From positions 248,001 through 312,000 of the IMG/VR virus record IMGVR_UViG_3300042308_001511: a stretch of 64,000 nt of DNA; one strand, given 5' to 3'. This document shows, one piece after another, positions 10,287 to 19,874 of this stretch. Position numbers and translations under genes: made by a program. Within the stretch, counting starts at the first letter, position 1. Each line of letters begins with the position of its first letter. The notes below the pieces were generated by a model. It made no database searches, was not told the DNA's origin, and saw only the letters and a list, made by a program, of their open reading frames with translations.

Positions 10287-10724
10287 TTAACTTCTATCTA
10301 ATAATCCATTTATTCTAATTTCTCTCAACAAATATTTCATCTCATCATCGTGTGAGTGTTCCCATTCATCCATAACCTGCCTTATTTTGGGATGAAGTCC
10401 GTTGTAAGAAAAATCGTGAGTATCATCCCATTCAGTACCTTTGAACTTCTCTATTATAAGTAATGGCGTCATTTTTTTCTGAATACTCTGAATAAGTTGT
10501 ATATGTCCAGCAACCAGGTCGAAGTTTGACCATCTATCACACCATTTAGTCTTAATATAAGAATCGATGAAATCGGTTGTTATTGCAGGTGGTTTAGAGT
10601 TTCCAAAATAAGAGTGCCACTTCTCCAATATGTAAGTAGCATCCATATCCTCAACCTTACTACCCATAAGGCGATTGAAGTGGAAAGCGAACCTTAACAT
10701 ATTGTATAATCTATTCTCTGTCAT
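10287..10724 (-). CDS. C-tag hypothetical protein
   Basis: ends LLREIRINGLLDRS. Confidence 0.65.
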   Translation of the reverse strand: MTENRLYNMLRFAFHFNRLMGSKVEDMDATYILEKWHSYFGNSKPPAITTDFIDSYIKTKWCDRWSNFDLVAGHIQLIQSIQKKMTPLLIIEKFKGTEWDDTHDFSYNGLHPKIRQVMDEWEHSHDDEMKYLLREIRINGLLDRS

Positions 10725-11091
10725 TTCCTAATATTTTTTCAATTGCATTATCTCTATTAACCATTTTTAGCCAATTGTCGTCCGGTCTTAGTACTAACGG
10801 AGGAAAGGTTCCATCCTGTACCGACTTAATATTTGCGATGTTCCAGTTTCTTCGTGTCTCAACCGAGTAGTATGTCATGTGTTCAGAGTATCCTGTAATT
10901 GTGTATCCTTCCTGCCAGAAACCAGTGTGATCCTTTCTTAGACACATCATACCAATTGGGTACCACTTCTCTAATATTGCGAGTTGTATATCCATTGGTG
11001 AATTGTTAAACCTCTGTAACTGAGACCTCAATTCATTTTTTTCGAACTGGTAGTCCCACTTATTTAGAGCTCTTTTTCCGAATGTGCTCAT
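10711..11091 (-). CDS. C-tag hypothetical protein
   Basis: ends NRDNAIEKILGNDRE. Confidence 0.65.
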   Translation of the reverse strand: MSTFGKRALNKWDYQFEKNELRSQLQRFNNSPMDIQLAILEKWYPIGMMCLRKDHTGFWQEGYTITGYSEHMTYYSVETRRNWNIANIKSVQDGTFPPLVLRPDDNWLKMVNRDNAIEKILGNDRE

Positions 11092-11445
11092 TTATTCATC
11101 ATCTAATAGTTCGTCAATCTTTTTGTCTCTGATTTCCTGTGCAGTGTTGTTTGATCCGGTCTCCCACTTCACTTTGTACTCCTCGATGAATTTTCGGCCG
11201 TCCTCGACGGTGTCGAATTTCTTGCCGTACGATTCTATGCTGTCGTATGTGGCGTCTACATACCTTCCGCAAATGTCTTCTGTGAGGCATATAGTACCGT
11301 TGGCTTTGTTATAATATGATATGACGTGGTATGTCCAAAGCACCTTCGCGGTGTTGAATATCCCGTATACACCTAATTGTATGTCGTTCGAATTAGTTTT
11401 ATAGTCCTTCGGGTGGGTTGTGTATAACATCTTACCTTTGTACAT
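11092..11445 (-). CDS. C-tag hypothetical protein
   Basis: ends IRDKKIDELLDDE. Confidence 0.65.
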   Translation of the reverse strand: MYKGKMLYTTHPKDYKTNSNDIQLGVYGIFNTAKVLWTYHVISYYNKANGTICLTEDICGRYVDATYDSIESYGKKFDTVEDGRKFIEEYKVKWETGSNNTAQEIRDKKIDELLDDE

Positions 11446-11491
11446 AGTATTCTTTTTTGCTAATATAATGTATTTTTTTTATATATAGTAT

Positions 11492-12136
11492 ATGATGTAT
11501 TTAAAAACTTTCGAAGGTTTCGCAGAAGGAAATAGGGGCTATGTGATGCAGGTTATTACGTCCATGTGTGAGAACGACGAGATTGACTTCTCACTCGAGA
11601 CGACCAGTGTGAAGGACGGGAAGGAGACCGATTCGGTGTTTATTTTTCGTCTCGATAAAGGACCGCAGATTGAATCCGTACACGAGGCGATTGCTAGGCT
11701 CGACGACATCGGTTACTTCGCACAGAAGGTGAATTGGATACACGCCTTTCACTGTGTCATTGTTTACAGGAAGGACTGCTTGCTGGTCGATTATATGGAC
11801 GAGTTCTACGAGCGGGCTTTGAGCAGAAGAAAACTTTCTGGTGGTTATTTGGATTGTCTGGTCGGATCCCATCCTGAGAAGTCCCAGGAGATATACGCGG
11901 ATATGATTAAGAATTACGAGCACGTCGTTCTTGGAAACGAGACGTATTTCATCAGTGAGAAGGCGGAACAGTTGACGCTGAACCACGGTTCTGTGGAATG
12001 GAAGGACGGCAAATTCGGGTGGCTGCCTAAGACGAAGACCAGACATTTCGCGACTATGTACAAAACGAACAGTGCTTGGTGGTCTTGGTATTCTACATTG
12101 GATGTAGATGACTGCATCTTTATTCCCTGGACTTAG
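11492..12136 (+). CDS. N-tag hypothetical protein
   Basis: MYLKTFEGF start; TTTATATATAG at 11478-11488. Confidence 0.65.
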   Translation: MMYLKTFEGFAEGNRGYVMQVITSMCENDEIDFSLETTSVKDGKETDSVFIFRLDKGPQIESVHEAIARLDDIGYFAQKVNWIHAFHCVIVYRKDCLLVDYMDEFYERALSRRKLSGGYLDCLVGSHPEKSQEIYADMIKNYEHVVLGNETYFISEKAEQLTLNHGSVEWKDGKFGWLPKTKTRHFATMYKTNSAWWSWYSTLDVDDCIFIPWT

Positions 12137-12151
12137 AATAGATTTTTTATT

Positions 12152-12739
12152 ATGAAATGGATTAAAACATATGAAGCTTTTGGTAACGAACTCGAGACAG
12201 CTATACAAGTTGTTATAACGATGCTCGGTGAGGTCGAACGGCTGTACAAGGTGCCACGGAGCGAGTGGGGCGACGAAAAGATTGACGTGCCTGAGGAACT
12301 TATAGTGCTAGAGCTTCTGGACTATGACCGGTACACGAAGGATTGGGACGACTTCGAGGCGATGATGGCGGAGCAGTGCCCGGGCGTTCTCTTCCGTGAG
12401 AACATGAGGAACCGAAGGATTGTGCTCGGACTGGGCTCATTCGACGAGTACTGCATAAAGAAGCTGAACGAGATGTTCCCTTATAGCTGGGCCGATGAAA
12501 TGAGTACGCCGAACATATACACTTACAGGACGCCTTCGATGCGCTTCGACCAGGGCCTCGCGTTCCGTGAGCCTGTGCTGAACAAGGTCAAGGTGGCGAG
12601 CTATGTCTGGACTTTCCTGGACGCGGTGATGTGTATGGGTAATAGGAGTCGTGACGCGCAGAGGCTGGTTGGTCGTTGGCTTAACGAGATGCTCGGCTGG
12701 GATCTGGACGTGAATAGGACGACCTACGATAGTTGGTAA
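12152..12739 (+). CDS. N-tag hypothetical protein
   Basis: MKWIKTYEAF start. Confidence 0.65.
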   Translation: MKWIKTYEAFGNELETAIQVVITMLGEVERLYKVPRSEWGDEKIDVPEELIVLELLDYDRYTKDWDDFEAMMAEQCPGVLFRENMRNRRIVLGLGSFDEYCIKKLNEMFPYSWADEMSTPNIYTYRTPSMRFDQGLAFREPVLNKVKVASYVWTFLDAVMCMGNRSRDAQRLVGRWLNEMLGWDLDVNRTTYDSW

Positions 12740-12755
12740 CGTTCAATACAACAGA

Positions 12756-13988
12756 TCAGTTTAAAATCTTGGTAGCATAACCGTTATTATATTCCTTTTT
12801 GGTAATAACGTCAACTATTGTAATATCAGTCTTTTGTGATTTAGACCATTTTACAAACTCAGGAAGGTGATCTCTTCGATCATCATAGAAAACAACCTCA
12901 GTTGGGTTGAATTCTTTTATCTTATCTTCTAATGTTTTGATTTTATATTCTAAGGTTACTGAGTCGATTGGTTTAAAGATATATTCATCAAACTCTAAGT
13001 TTTGACTTTCTAATACTTTTCGAACTTCATTTTCTAAAGTTACGACACGACCAGTCATCATTATAAGATAATCACCATTTTCCTTACTATGATTGTATTT
13101 GTCAATGGTCCAATCATTTGTTTTAATATCAAACAAAGATAAATCTAATGATAGTGGTGATTTCCACCAATCAACACCCCTTTTAAAAGGCTCACCAAAT
13201 TTCAACATCCATTCACTTTTAATTGGTGTATGAAATAAAGTATCGTCAAAATCAAAAAATACTAATCTTTGAGTGGTTAAACTTTCTTTTATAACATAAG
13301 TGTCATTTTTTCTAACTGCCAATTTTCCATCCATAAATTTGTAAAACTTATATTTCTTATCAATTGAGGTTACAATATAATAAGAATCTGGGTTTAATCC
13401 TTTATATCTCTTAATATTTCCGTCTATTTTAATACCATCAACTTCACCACCTTGTTGTTTAGCATAAGCCCACTTAATATAGTTAGGATCGACATGTCTA
13501 TCTCTTAGTTTATCTTGATCCAATGAAGTCTGAAGTGTTGATAAAAGATGTATAAAAACAATTTCATAGTTAAACTCTTTTGCTTTATCAAATATTTCTT
13601 TAACGTGTCTAAACCCTTTATCTGTAAATTCTTTACCTGCACCAGTTGTATCATAGATAAAGTTTTGACCAGTTTTAATAAAAGATTCTAATTTACTAAT
13701 ATTTAATTCAGATGCATTTTTAGTTCTACCACCTTCCGGAGTTTCTTTACCTTTGTAATAAACATTTGGATCTCCAGTATAAAGAAGTGATACGTCATCA
13801 GTTGAGAAATCTTTTATACTTTGATTCTTAGTATGTATATGATTCTTAATAAAATAAGATTTACCAATACCAGGTGCTCCAATAAGAAAAACTGCTAAAC
13901 CTTTTTCCTTATTAATTATTTCTTTGATAGGTTCATTTTTAGACCATTCTTCTAAAATAAATTGTTGATAGATATTTATATACTTCAT
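12756..13988 (-). CDS. N-tag P-loop kinase (zeta-toxin/AAA_33-like) fused to HAD phosphatase; Pnkp-like architecture
   Basis: Start reassigned to MKYINIYQQFILE behind TAATATATAC (13992-14001); GAPGIGKS, FIYDTTG; FFDFDDTLF, MMTGR, FYDDR. Confidence 0.75.
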   Translation of the reverse strand: MKYINIYQQFILEEWSKNEPIKEIINKEKGLAVFLIGAPGIGKSYFIKNHIHTKNQSIKDFSTDDVSLLYTGDPNVYYKGKETPEGGRTKNASELNISKLESFIKTGQNFIYDTTGAGKEFTDKGFRHVKEIFDKAKEFNYEIVFIHLLSTLQTSLDQDKLRDRHVDPNYIKWAYAKQQGGEVDGIKIDGNIKRYKGLNPDSYYIVTSIDKKYKFYKFMDGKLAVRKNDTYVIKESLTTQRLVFFDFDDTLFHTPIKSEWMLKFGEPFKRGVDWWKSPLSLDLSLFDIKTNDWTIDKYNHSKENGDYLIMMTGRVVTLENEVRKVLESQNLEFDEYIFKPIDSVTLEYKIKTLEDKIKEFNPTEVVFYDDRRDHLPEFVKWSKSQKTDITIVDVITKKEYNNGYATKILN

Positions 13989-14019
13989 AAAGTATATATT
14001 ATGAATGCAACTTATATTT

Positions 14020-14313
14020 TTATAATATTCCCAGGTCCCTAAGTTTTTTGTCTCTTTGCTCTTCCTTGCTGAGTTTGCACTGATACCAAGTCCCGTTTGT
14101 GTGTTTTTTTTCCTTCGTACCACACTTCGTACAGTATCTTGTTTTGAAGATTTGCTTTATGGGTTGTTTCGTGCCGATGTGAATACCGAGTTCTTCTACC
14201 TGTGAAGAGTACACCCAGTCGTGTCTGTGCGTCGCTGCTCGGTATATTTCCACCACGTTCACGATTGCGATGTAGATAGCACTGTTTCGTATGAGGTTCA
14301 TTATGTGTTTCAT
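14020..14313 (-). CDS. C-tag hypothetical protein with CxxC
   Basis: ends QRDKKLRDLGIL; RYCTKCG. Confidence 0.65.
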   Translation of the reverse strand: MKHIMNLIRNSAIYIAIVNVVEIYRAATHRHDWVYSSQVEELGIHIGTKQPIKQIFKTRYCTKCGTKEKKHTNGTWYQCKLSKEEQRDKKLRDLGIL

Positions 14314-14348
14314 ATTCCTAGTACATCGATTGTTTGTTCTTTTCTCAT
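14310..14348 (-). CDS. 12-aa minigene MRKEQTIDVLGI (C-tag only)
   Basis: ATG at 14348 overlaps the upstream TGA; its TGA overlaps the ATG at 14313. Confidence 0.55.
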   Translation of the reverse strand: MRKEQTIDVLGI

Positions 14349-14632
14349 ATTCCGAGATTTTTTAACGTTTCATCTCTCTTCCATGCCAATATTGTAGATT
14401 CGTCGGTATTGGCATAGTCTTCCCACCATTCGATTCCTCTCTTCGTCTCATTCCAGTTAAACGAGCGCGAAATGAAATCTTGGAAGTCATGACGCCACCA
14501 AGTAAAAAATGTTTCTAAACTTGTTCCCTGTTTCACATGATATGACCTATTGAATTCCTGTAGCCATTCCTCTTGCATATCTTTTGTCATCAGACTATGA
14601 TAATACGAACCTTGTTCCCTCTTTTTAATCAT
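14345..14632 (-). CDS. C-tag hypothetical protein
   Basis: ends KRDETLKNLGI. Confidence 0.65.
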   Translation of the reverse strand: MIKKREQGSYYHSLMTKDMQEEWLQEFNRSYHVKQGTSLETFFTWWRHDFQDFISRSFNWNETKRGIEWWEDYANTDESTILAWKRDETLKNLGI

Positions 14633-14853
14633 ATTCCAATCTCCTTAAGCCTTTCTTCTCTGTGCTCGTAAATGTGCTTGAAGTCCGATTTTTGTCGTAT
14701 CCTGTCTTTTTCGTCCTCGCAGGTGACGATGACGAGTTTTGGTCCTATCTCAAGGTCGGGGCAGTCCGTTGTCTCGTATGTCCTTCCGGTCTTCAGCAGC
14801 CAGTTGCCGTCAACGTCTATCAGGTCGTGCTTCGATATCATCGTCTCGTTCAT
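14629..14853 (-). CDS. C-tag small beta-barrel-like protein (paralog of 58063..58302)
   Basis: Start reassigned to coupled ATG (MNETMISKHD); shares ISKHD..DGxW..YETxDCP..GPKLVIVTCED; ends HREERLKEIGI. Confidence 0.7.
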   Translation of the reverse strand: MNETMISKHDLIDVDGNWLLKTGRTYETTDCPDLEIGPKLVIVTCEDEKDRIRQKSDFKHIYEHREERLKEIGI

Positions 14854-15131
14854 ATTCCCAGTTCTTTCATTCTTTCCTCGCGGTGCTCTACGATTACATC
14901 GTTCAGGTTCTTTAGGTATCTCCACCCGGTTATCGCGTAGTCATGTATTTCAGAATCATTTGTAAAAACATATACCCATATTATGTTTTTACTTCCGACG
15001 TTCAGGTTTTCAGAATTCTCGTGGATTTTTATACTCAACACTTTAGTGCCTTTACTTTCACCGTTCTCGTTGATTATCTGTTGAGCACTACGCATCAGTG
15101 CCTCCTTCTGAAAGTTATCCATGAGTTCCAT
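14850..15131 (-). CDS. C-tag hypothetical protein
   Basis: ends HREERMKELGI. Confidence 0.65.
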   Translation of the reverse strand: MELMDNFQKEALMRSAQQIINENGESKGTKVLSIKIHENSENLNVGSKNIIWVYVFTNDSEIHDYAITGWRYLKNLNDVIVEHREERMKELGI

Positions 15132-15321
15132 CAGTTAGTGAAATACCGTGCTTGACACCTGAGATGACCGCGTCTTTGTCCCAACCCATCTCATCATCGA
15201 GGAACTTACCAATCAAAACGCCGAACTCGTTACCGATATCCGACGCATCACCAGTGTATTTCACGGTGAGAAGGCCCGCTGCAATCTCGTCCAGTGCCTT
15301 TCTGAACTTATTCTCGTCCAT
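15115..15321 (-). CDS. Hypothetical protein
   Basis: 68 aa, overlaps neighbours in the operon. Confidence 0.55.
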   Translation of the reverse strand: MDENKFRKALDEIAAGLLTVKYTGDASDIGNEFGVLIGKFLDDEMGWDKDAVISGVKHGISLTDGTHG

Positions 15322-15784
15322 CTTCGATTTCTTTTATTCGTTTGTCAATCACCGCGATGTTCTCGTATAACTCTGCATCGAGTAATTGTTCTTTCAACTT
15401 TTCGAGTGCCTTTGTATTTCCACAATCGGCTATTTTTTTGTCATAAATCTCAGTAGCATCTGCTAGTAACAAAAACAATGTTTCCATAGAGAATCTATTT
15501 ATCTCCATACTTTCCTCGTTTTTTGCCTTTAAAAGTGTGATATACTTTGTGTGACAATCTGTAACATGTTTTGTATCAAGATTATCTGGATCTGCTATGT
15601 TAGCAATCGCCAATTTGATTGTTTCCTCGTCGGATTCATACTCGTCATGTCTAATCGCTAAATCGATTAAGAAACCGAGTGTAAGTTCTTGGTCAATTAG
15701 TTTAGATACTAAGATGTCCAACTGGATTGCATCTTGATATGATTTATCAAGAAGGCATTGGTAGATTTCTTCGATGTCGTTCAT
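15308..15784 (-). CDS. Hypothetical protein with UVR-like C-terminal helix
   Basis: LDAELYENIAVIDKRIKEIE; early promoter 15801-15808. Confidence 0.55.
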   Translation of the reverse strand: MNDIEEIYQCLLDKSYQDAIQLDILVSKLIDQELTLGFLIDLAIRHDEYESDEETIKLAIANIADPDNLDTKHVTDCHTKYITLLKAKNEESMEINRFSMETLFLLLADATEIYDKKIADCGNTKALEKLKEQLLDAELYENIAVIDKRIKEIEDGRE

Positions 15785-15820
15785 AAGAGTAGATTTTCTA
15801 CAAATATAAACAAACTCCTC

Positions 15821-16054
15821 CTATTCACCAAGTACCTTTTCAATCCTGTGATCACGTCGCTCGTCCTTATCCCACGGTTCAGCGTATATCTTTCCGTCCT
15901 CAATATAAATCTCCCACTCTTTTCCGGTCTTCCTGTCATGAAGCACAAGGTTTCCGAGCACACACTTACCATCTGCCCTTATCGTGTCAGGTTGGTATTG
16001 TCCTATTGTAGTAGGTCCTGGTGGTATGAAAATGTTTGCACTATTTATTGCCAT
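15821..16054 (-). CDS. C-tag hypothetical protein
   Basis: ends RRDHRIEKVLGE. Confidence 0.6.
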   Translation of the reverse strand: MAINSANIFIPPGPTTIGQYQPDTIRADGKCVLGNLVLHDRKTGKEWEIYIEDGKIYAEPWDKDERRDHRIEKVLGE

Positions 16055-16116
16055 ATTAGTTTTGTTCTTTATATACTTCTACCTGATTTTTGTTATATTC
16101 GTAGAAAAAAAAGAAT

Positions 16117-16746
16117 ATGTCTGTTTTTACTAAAAAGGAGTGGCTAGGTTTCTCTATGTGGTGGTTTCTATGTCTTATAAAGAAAAACATCGCCAAATCG
16201 ATTTGCCTAGTGATACTAATCATCATTTACCCGTTTCTGAATTGTTATCCTGATAAGATAGATAGGGACTTTGTTGATCACCAATACAAAAGTGGTGACC
16301 TTAATGTCTACGTTACCGTTGAGAAAAAAAACAGCAATCTTGATTATGATGTACGAACTTCTGTAAAACCAATCAAACTTAAAGGAAGATATATTGTGGA
16401 AAAAGAATGGGATGACACGAACTTAATATTGTGGATACCGTTTGTGATTGGTGTTATTATGCAGTTGGTCGGTCTTTTCGCTAAGAGTGATGATGACCTA
16501 AACTGGGAACTCGACGTCGTCTTCGCCCGTGCAATATCTCGTTTCGTAAGATGTGAGATTGAGGAAGGTCATTACCATTACTTTGTCGGTAACAGGTACA
16601 TAGGTGAGTTCGAACAAAGTATGAACGACTATGACTACATCGGTAGAAAACTATACATTAACTCATTCACGAAGATACTTTGTATGCCAATCTGGAAGAC
16701 TAAGACATCGAAGAGAAGTGATAAGTTGGAAGAATTAGGTATTTAG
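16117..16746 (+). CDS. C-tag membrane protein
   Basis: Two hydrophobic segments; ends KRSDKLEELGI; TATATTCG at 16094-16101. Confidence 0.65.
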   Translation: MSVFTKKEWLGFSMWWFLCLIKKNIAKSICLVILIIIYPFLNCYPDKIDRDFVDHQYKSGDLNVYVTVEKKNSNLDYDVRTSVKPIKLKGRYIVEKEWDDTNLILWIPFVIGVIMQLVGLFAKSDDDLNWELDVVFARAISRFVRCEIEEGHYHYFVGNRYIGEFEQSMNDYDYIGRKLYINSFTKILCMPIWKTKTSKRSDKLEELGI

Positions 16747-16747
16747 A

Positions 16748-17446
16748 TTATATCCTGAACGTGTCACCCGGTCTAAGTACTTTGTGTCCATCTGATGTTA
16801 TCAATGTAACATTACCAGATCCAATAATATCAATTGAGTTTTTACGTATAATCGCTGCGGCATCCTCAGAGAGTCCGAGTCCTATCCTGTTACCACCCAT
16901 ACTATCAACTGCTTTCTGTAACCTAGTCATTCTGTTCCTTTCTTCAAAGTGACTATCAATTATAATATCTGGAACCAATGAAATGCCTGCACCAATACTT
17001 GGAGTTTCCTTACCACCCGTTATCATATAACTTGACATAACTGAAGCTCCTGCAGATGTACCCGAAATAACAAGGCCATTCTTAACCATCCTCTTCATAC
17101 GTGTTAGAAATTTAGTTCCTAAAAGACAATTACTTATACGCGATTGATCACCACCACAAAAGAAAACAAAATCTGCATCATCTAATTTAGACAAATTCAT
17201 ATCGGTATCAAGCTCATCACGTGTAACTGCATGTATTGTGAAAACTTCACAATCCATACCACCGAAAATTTTTGTGTATTTTTCTTCTGCCTCATCTTTA
17301 TACGAAGTAGCCGATGTAATCAACAACAAATTTATTCTACTACCCACCAGATCAATAACCTGTTTTAGTGTATTTGTGCTTTCCGCACCACCTATTGGTA
17401 CAAATATTCCTCGATTCATAAAGTAAGAGTATTTTTGGAGTCTCAT
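16748..17446 (-). CDS. cphB: Cyanophycinase-like peptidase S51
   Basis: PIGGAE, CGGDQSR, GTSAGAS nucleophile elbow, IDSHFEERNRMTRL, GLSEDAA. Confidence 0.85.
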   Translation of the reverse strand: MRLQKYSYFMNRGIFVPIGGAESTNTLKQVIDLVGSRINLLLITSATSYKDEAEEKYTKIFGGMDCEVFTIHAVTRDELDTDMNLSKLDDADFVFFCGGDQSRISNCLLGTKFLTRMKRMVKNGLVISGTSAGASVMSSYMITGGKETPSIGAGISLVPDIIIDSHFEERNRMTRLQKAVDSMGGNRIGLGLSEDAAAIIRKNSIDIIGSGNVTLITSDGHKVLRPGDTFRI

Positions 17447-17449
17447 TAT

Positions 17450-19174
17450 TTACATAAATTTCAAAGCACTCTCGAGACGTTTCATCTTCTCCATAGATTC
17501 CGACAAGTCTCCGTTCTTTTCCCACTCTTCCATTATCGCTACGGTGACGTTGTGATATGACATCGAAGACTTAAGGTTGAAATAGTCTGAAATCTTCCAT
17601 ATGTAGGTCGGTACTATCCTCTTATTGTCCTCAAGGTGATCCAACATCTTTATAGTTGCGGAGATTGTTGACAGCTGTTCGATTGTTTCGAACTTTTTGG
17701 AGAAGTAAGAGTTCTTGTAGTCACGGCTTATCCTTTCGAACTCCTTGTGAAGTTTCATAAACTCTACTACAAGTCTCTGATCTTTATCTTCCAATTGTTT
17801 CTTTATCTCTGTGATGTATTCGATGTACTCGGCGTTCTTCCTCTGATTGTTCGATATCATACTCTTAACTTTGTCTACGACCTGTCTCTCGTGATAGTCG
17901 GTGTCCTTTCCAGTCTCGACTGATTCGAGGTAATCATAGAGTTCGTTAATGAGTCTCTCAAATTCCCACCTGAATGTATCCTTCAACGAGAAGAGAAGGA
18001 AGTTGGTTCCGCCTAAAAGGTGTGGTGTTTTGTTGATCAGCTTACCGAGACCCTCTCTTAGGTTCAGGTCAGCTATCTTCTGTCTGTACCTCTCAAGGTT
18101 GGCTTTCCTTACACTGTCGTTGTCATTTAGTGCGACTGCTCCTGTCCTGGCTTCTTCCCTTTCCTTCTTGGTATCATCCGTGGATTTGAACTCACCTGCC
18201 TCAACGTCTGCAAAGTATTTGTCTGCGTCGAAAAGGATCACGTAGTCCGAATCCTTTATTTCGTCTTCATCGATTCCATGGGTTTGTTTTGAGATGCCGC
18301 CTCTGTATCCAGTACTGACTCTTAGGTTGTAGCCGTACGGCTCCTCGATTGGTTCGTTAGAGGTTATTTTGTAGAGCTCTATTTTGTAAGAACTCTCGTC
18401 GTTGTTAATTTTATTAAGTGATATGTGATGTATTCCCAGATCCTTCCATTTCGTTCCTGCTATACTCACACCCTGACCTCTGGTCTTCGTCGAACCGATA
18501 CCACTATTTATGAAGTGGTACTCACCGTTGTTATCTTTCCAGAATACACCAATCTTAACATCTGGGTGCCAAGACCTCCCATGCTTGAGTATAAGTCTGG
18601 TCTTACCAGGTACTATTTCGTTTTCTTCTATGAACTTCTCCTGTCCGGTTACAAAGTCAAACGCGTCGCCATTGGAAGGAAGTTTTATCCTCTCTGTCTC
18701 CCAGAATTTCGGACTTGATATCTCTCCGTAGTATTTACCGTCGGTGAAAGTGGTTCTCTTAAGTTCACCATCTTCACTCAACCAAAATTTGTAGAGTTTC
18801 TTATCACTTGCGTATTCAACGCCATCACCTTCACATTTCGTACATATTTTACTCGTAAATGATACCGCTTTCTTCGTGGTCGATGCGGTCTGGATATATC
18901 CATCACCGTTACACACAGGACATAATGTGTGCTCGTTACCACCGAGTCTGATTGTCCTCTGAGACTTTCTCTCGTATTTGAAGTATTTGTCACTCACCTC
19001 ACTCACAGGCATCTTACCAATTACCGTGGATGAAATATTCGTTGCCTCGACACAGATGGCTTTTATCGTGTCCAGTATTTCTCGTCTAGCATGTGATGTT
19101 ACGTTTCTGAGAGTCTTACCAAGTATTTTGGACTTGGTTGCCTCGAATATGTTGAATGCCTTTACGTGCTTCAT
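17450..19174 (-). CDS. N-tag large protein with DnaJ-like Zn-finger pair
   Basis: MKHVKAFNIFEA; CPVCNGDG..CTKCEGDG. Confidence 0.65.
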   Translation of the reverse strand: MKHVKAFNIFEATKSKILGKTLRNVTSHARREILDTIKAICVEATNISSTVIGKMPVSEVSDKYFKYERKSQRTIRLGGNEHTLCPVCNGDGYIQTASTTKKAVSFTSKICTKCEGDGVEYASDKKLYKFWLSEDGELKRTTFTDGKYYGEISSPKFWETERIKLPSNGDAFDFVTGQEKFIEENEIVPGKTRLILKHGRSWHPDVKIGVFWKDNNGEYHFINSGIGSTKTRGQGVSIAGTKWKDLGIHHISLNKINNDESSYKIELYKITSNEPIEEPYGYNLRVSTGYRGGISKQTHGIDEDEIKDSDYVILFDADKYFADVEAGEFKSTDDTKKEREEARTGAVALNDNDSVRKANLERYRQKIADLNLREGLGKLINKTPHLLGGTNFLLFSLKDTFRWEFERLINELYDYLESVETGKDTDYHERQVVDKVKSMISNNQRKNAEYIEYITEIKKQLEDKDQRLVVEFMKLHKEFERISRDYKNSYFSKKFETIEQLSTISATIKMLDHLEDNKRIVPTYIWKISDYFNLKSSMSYHNVTVAIMEEWEKNGDLSESMEKMKRLESALKFM

Positions 19175-19869
19175 TTCGTCTTTTTGTTTTTTATTATGAG
19201 CTCACCTAATACCTCGAGTCTTCCGACCTCTCTCTGGAACTCTATCTGATCCATATCAGTAGATATACTCCTGTAGGTCTCATCAAACTCCTTCTTAGCC
19301 TCTTCCACGTCGAACTTTCCAGAAGCAGCCTTCTTGTAGTATGGTAGTTTCACTTTGAAGTGATGCCACGTAAGAAGTGCTAGGCCACCTTTGTCGTGTG
19401 CGTTATTGGCAATCTTCTCTGCACCTGCCTCTCTTGTGTCTGCGAACTTACTAAGCTCGTCCGTCTTATCAACCTTCTCTTCTTTGGCTTCGTTGAACTT
19501 CTTCCAATTATTCAATATATCTTGATACATTTTCGGGTAAAGAGTTATAATCAGATTACTGGTCGATATTTTGAACTTAACTTCGAATCTCTCGCTGAGT
19601 CTGTCGGCGACCTGGATCGCGTTGTCCCTTATGTCGGCGATGATAGAGGTGAATTTTTCGAACTGGTCTCTGGTGATTTCGGTGTCCAAAGTTGGATTTA
19701 CGTCCATCTCATGAATGTTTAGGTTCCAGTTGAAATACTCGAAGTCCACTCTGTAGCCATACGTCGGTTGGCCGAGCGTGTCGGTAATCTCCTGTATGCT
19801 GTCCATAACCTCGCGGTCATCTTTTACCAATGCCTCAAATACCCTATCGAACCTTCTTATGTGTTTCAT
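19171..19869 (-). CDS. N-tag protein, two-module fusion (paralog of 19875..20522 in N-half)
   Basis: MKHIRRFDRVFEA; internal second tag ILNNWKKFNEA. Confidence 0.65.
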   Translation of the reverse strand: MKHIRRFDRVFEALVKDDREVMDSIQEITDTLGQPTYGYRVDFEYFNWNLNIHEMDVNPTLDTEITRDQFEKFTSIIADIRDNAIQVADRLSERFEVKFKISTSNLIITLYPKMYQDILNNWKKFNEAKEEKVDKTDELSKFADTREAGAEKIANNAHDKGGLALLTWHHFKVKLPYYKKAASGKFDVEEAKKEFDETYRSISTDMDQIEFQREVGRLEVLGELIIKNKKTK

Positions 19870-19874
19870 ATCTA

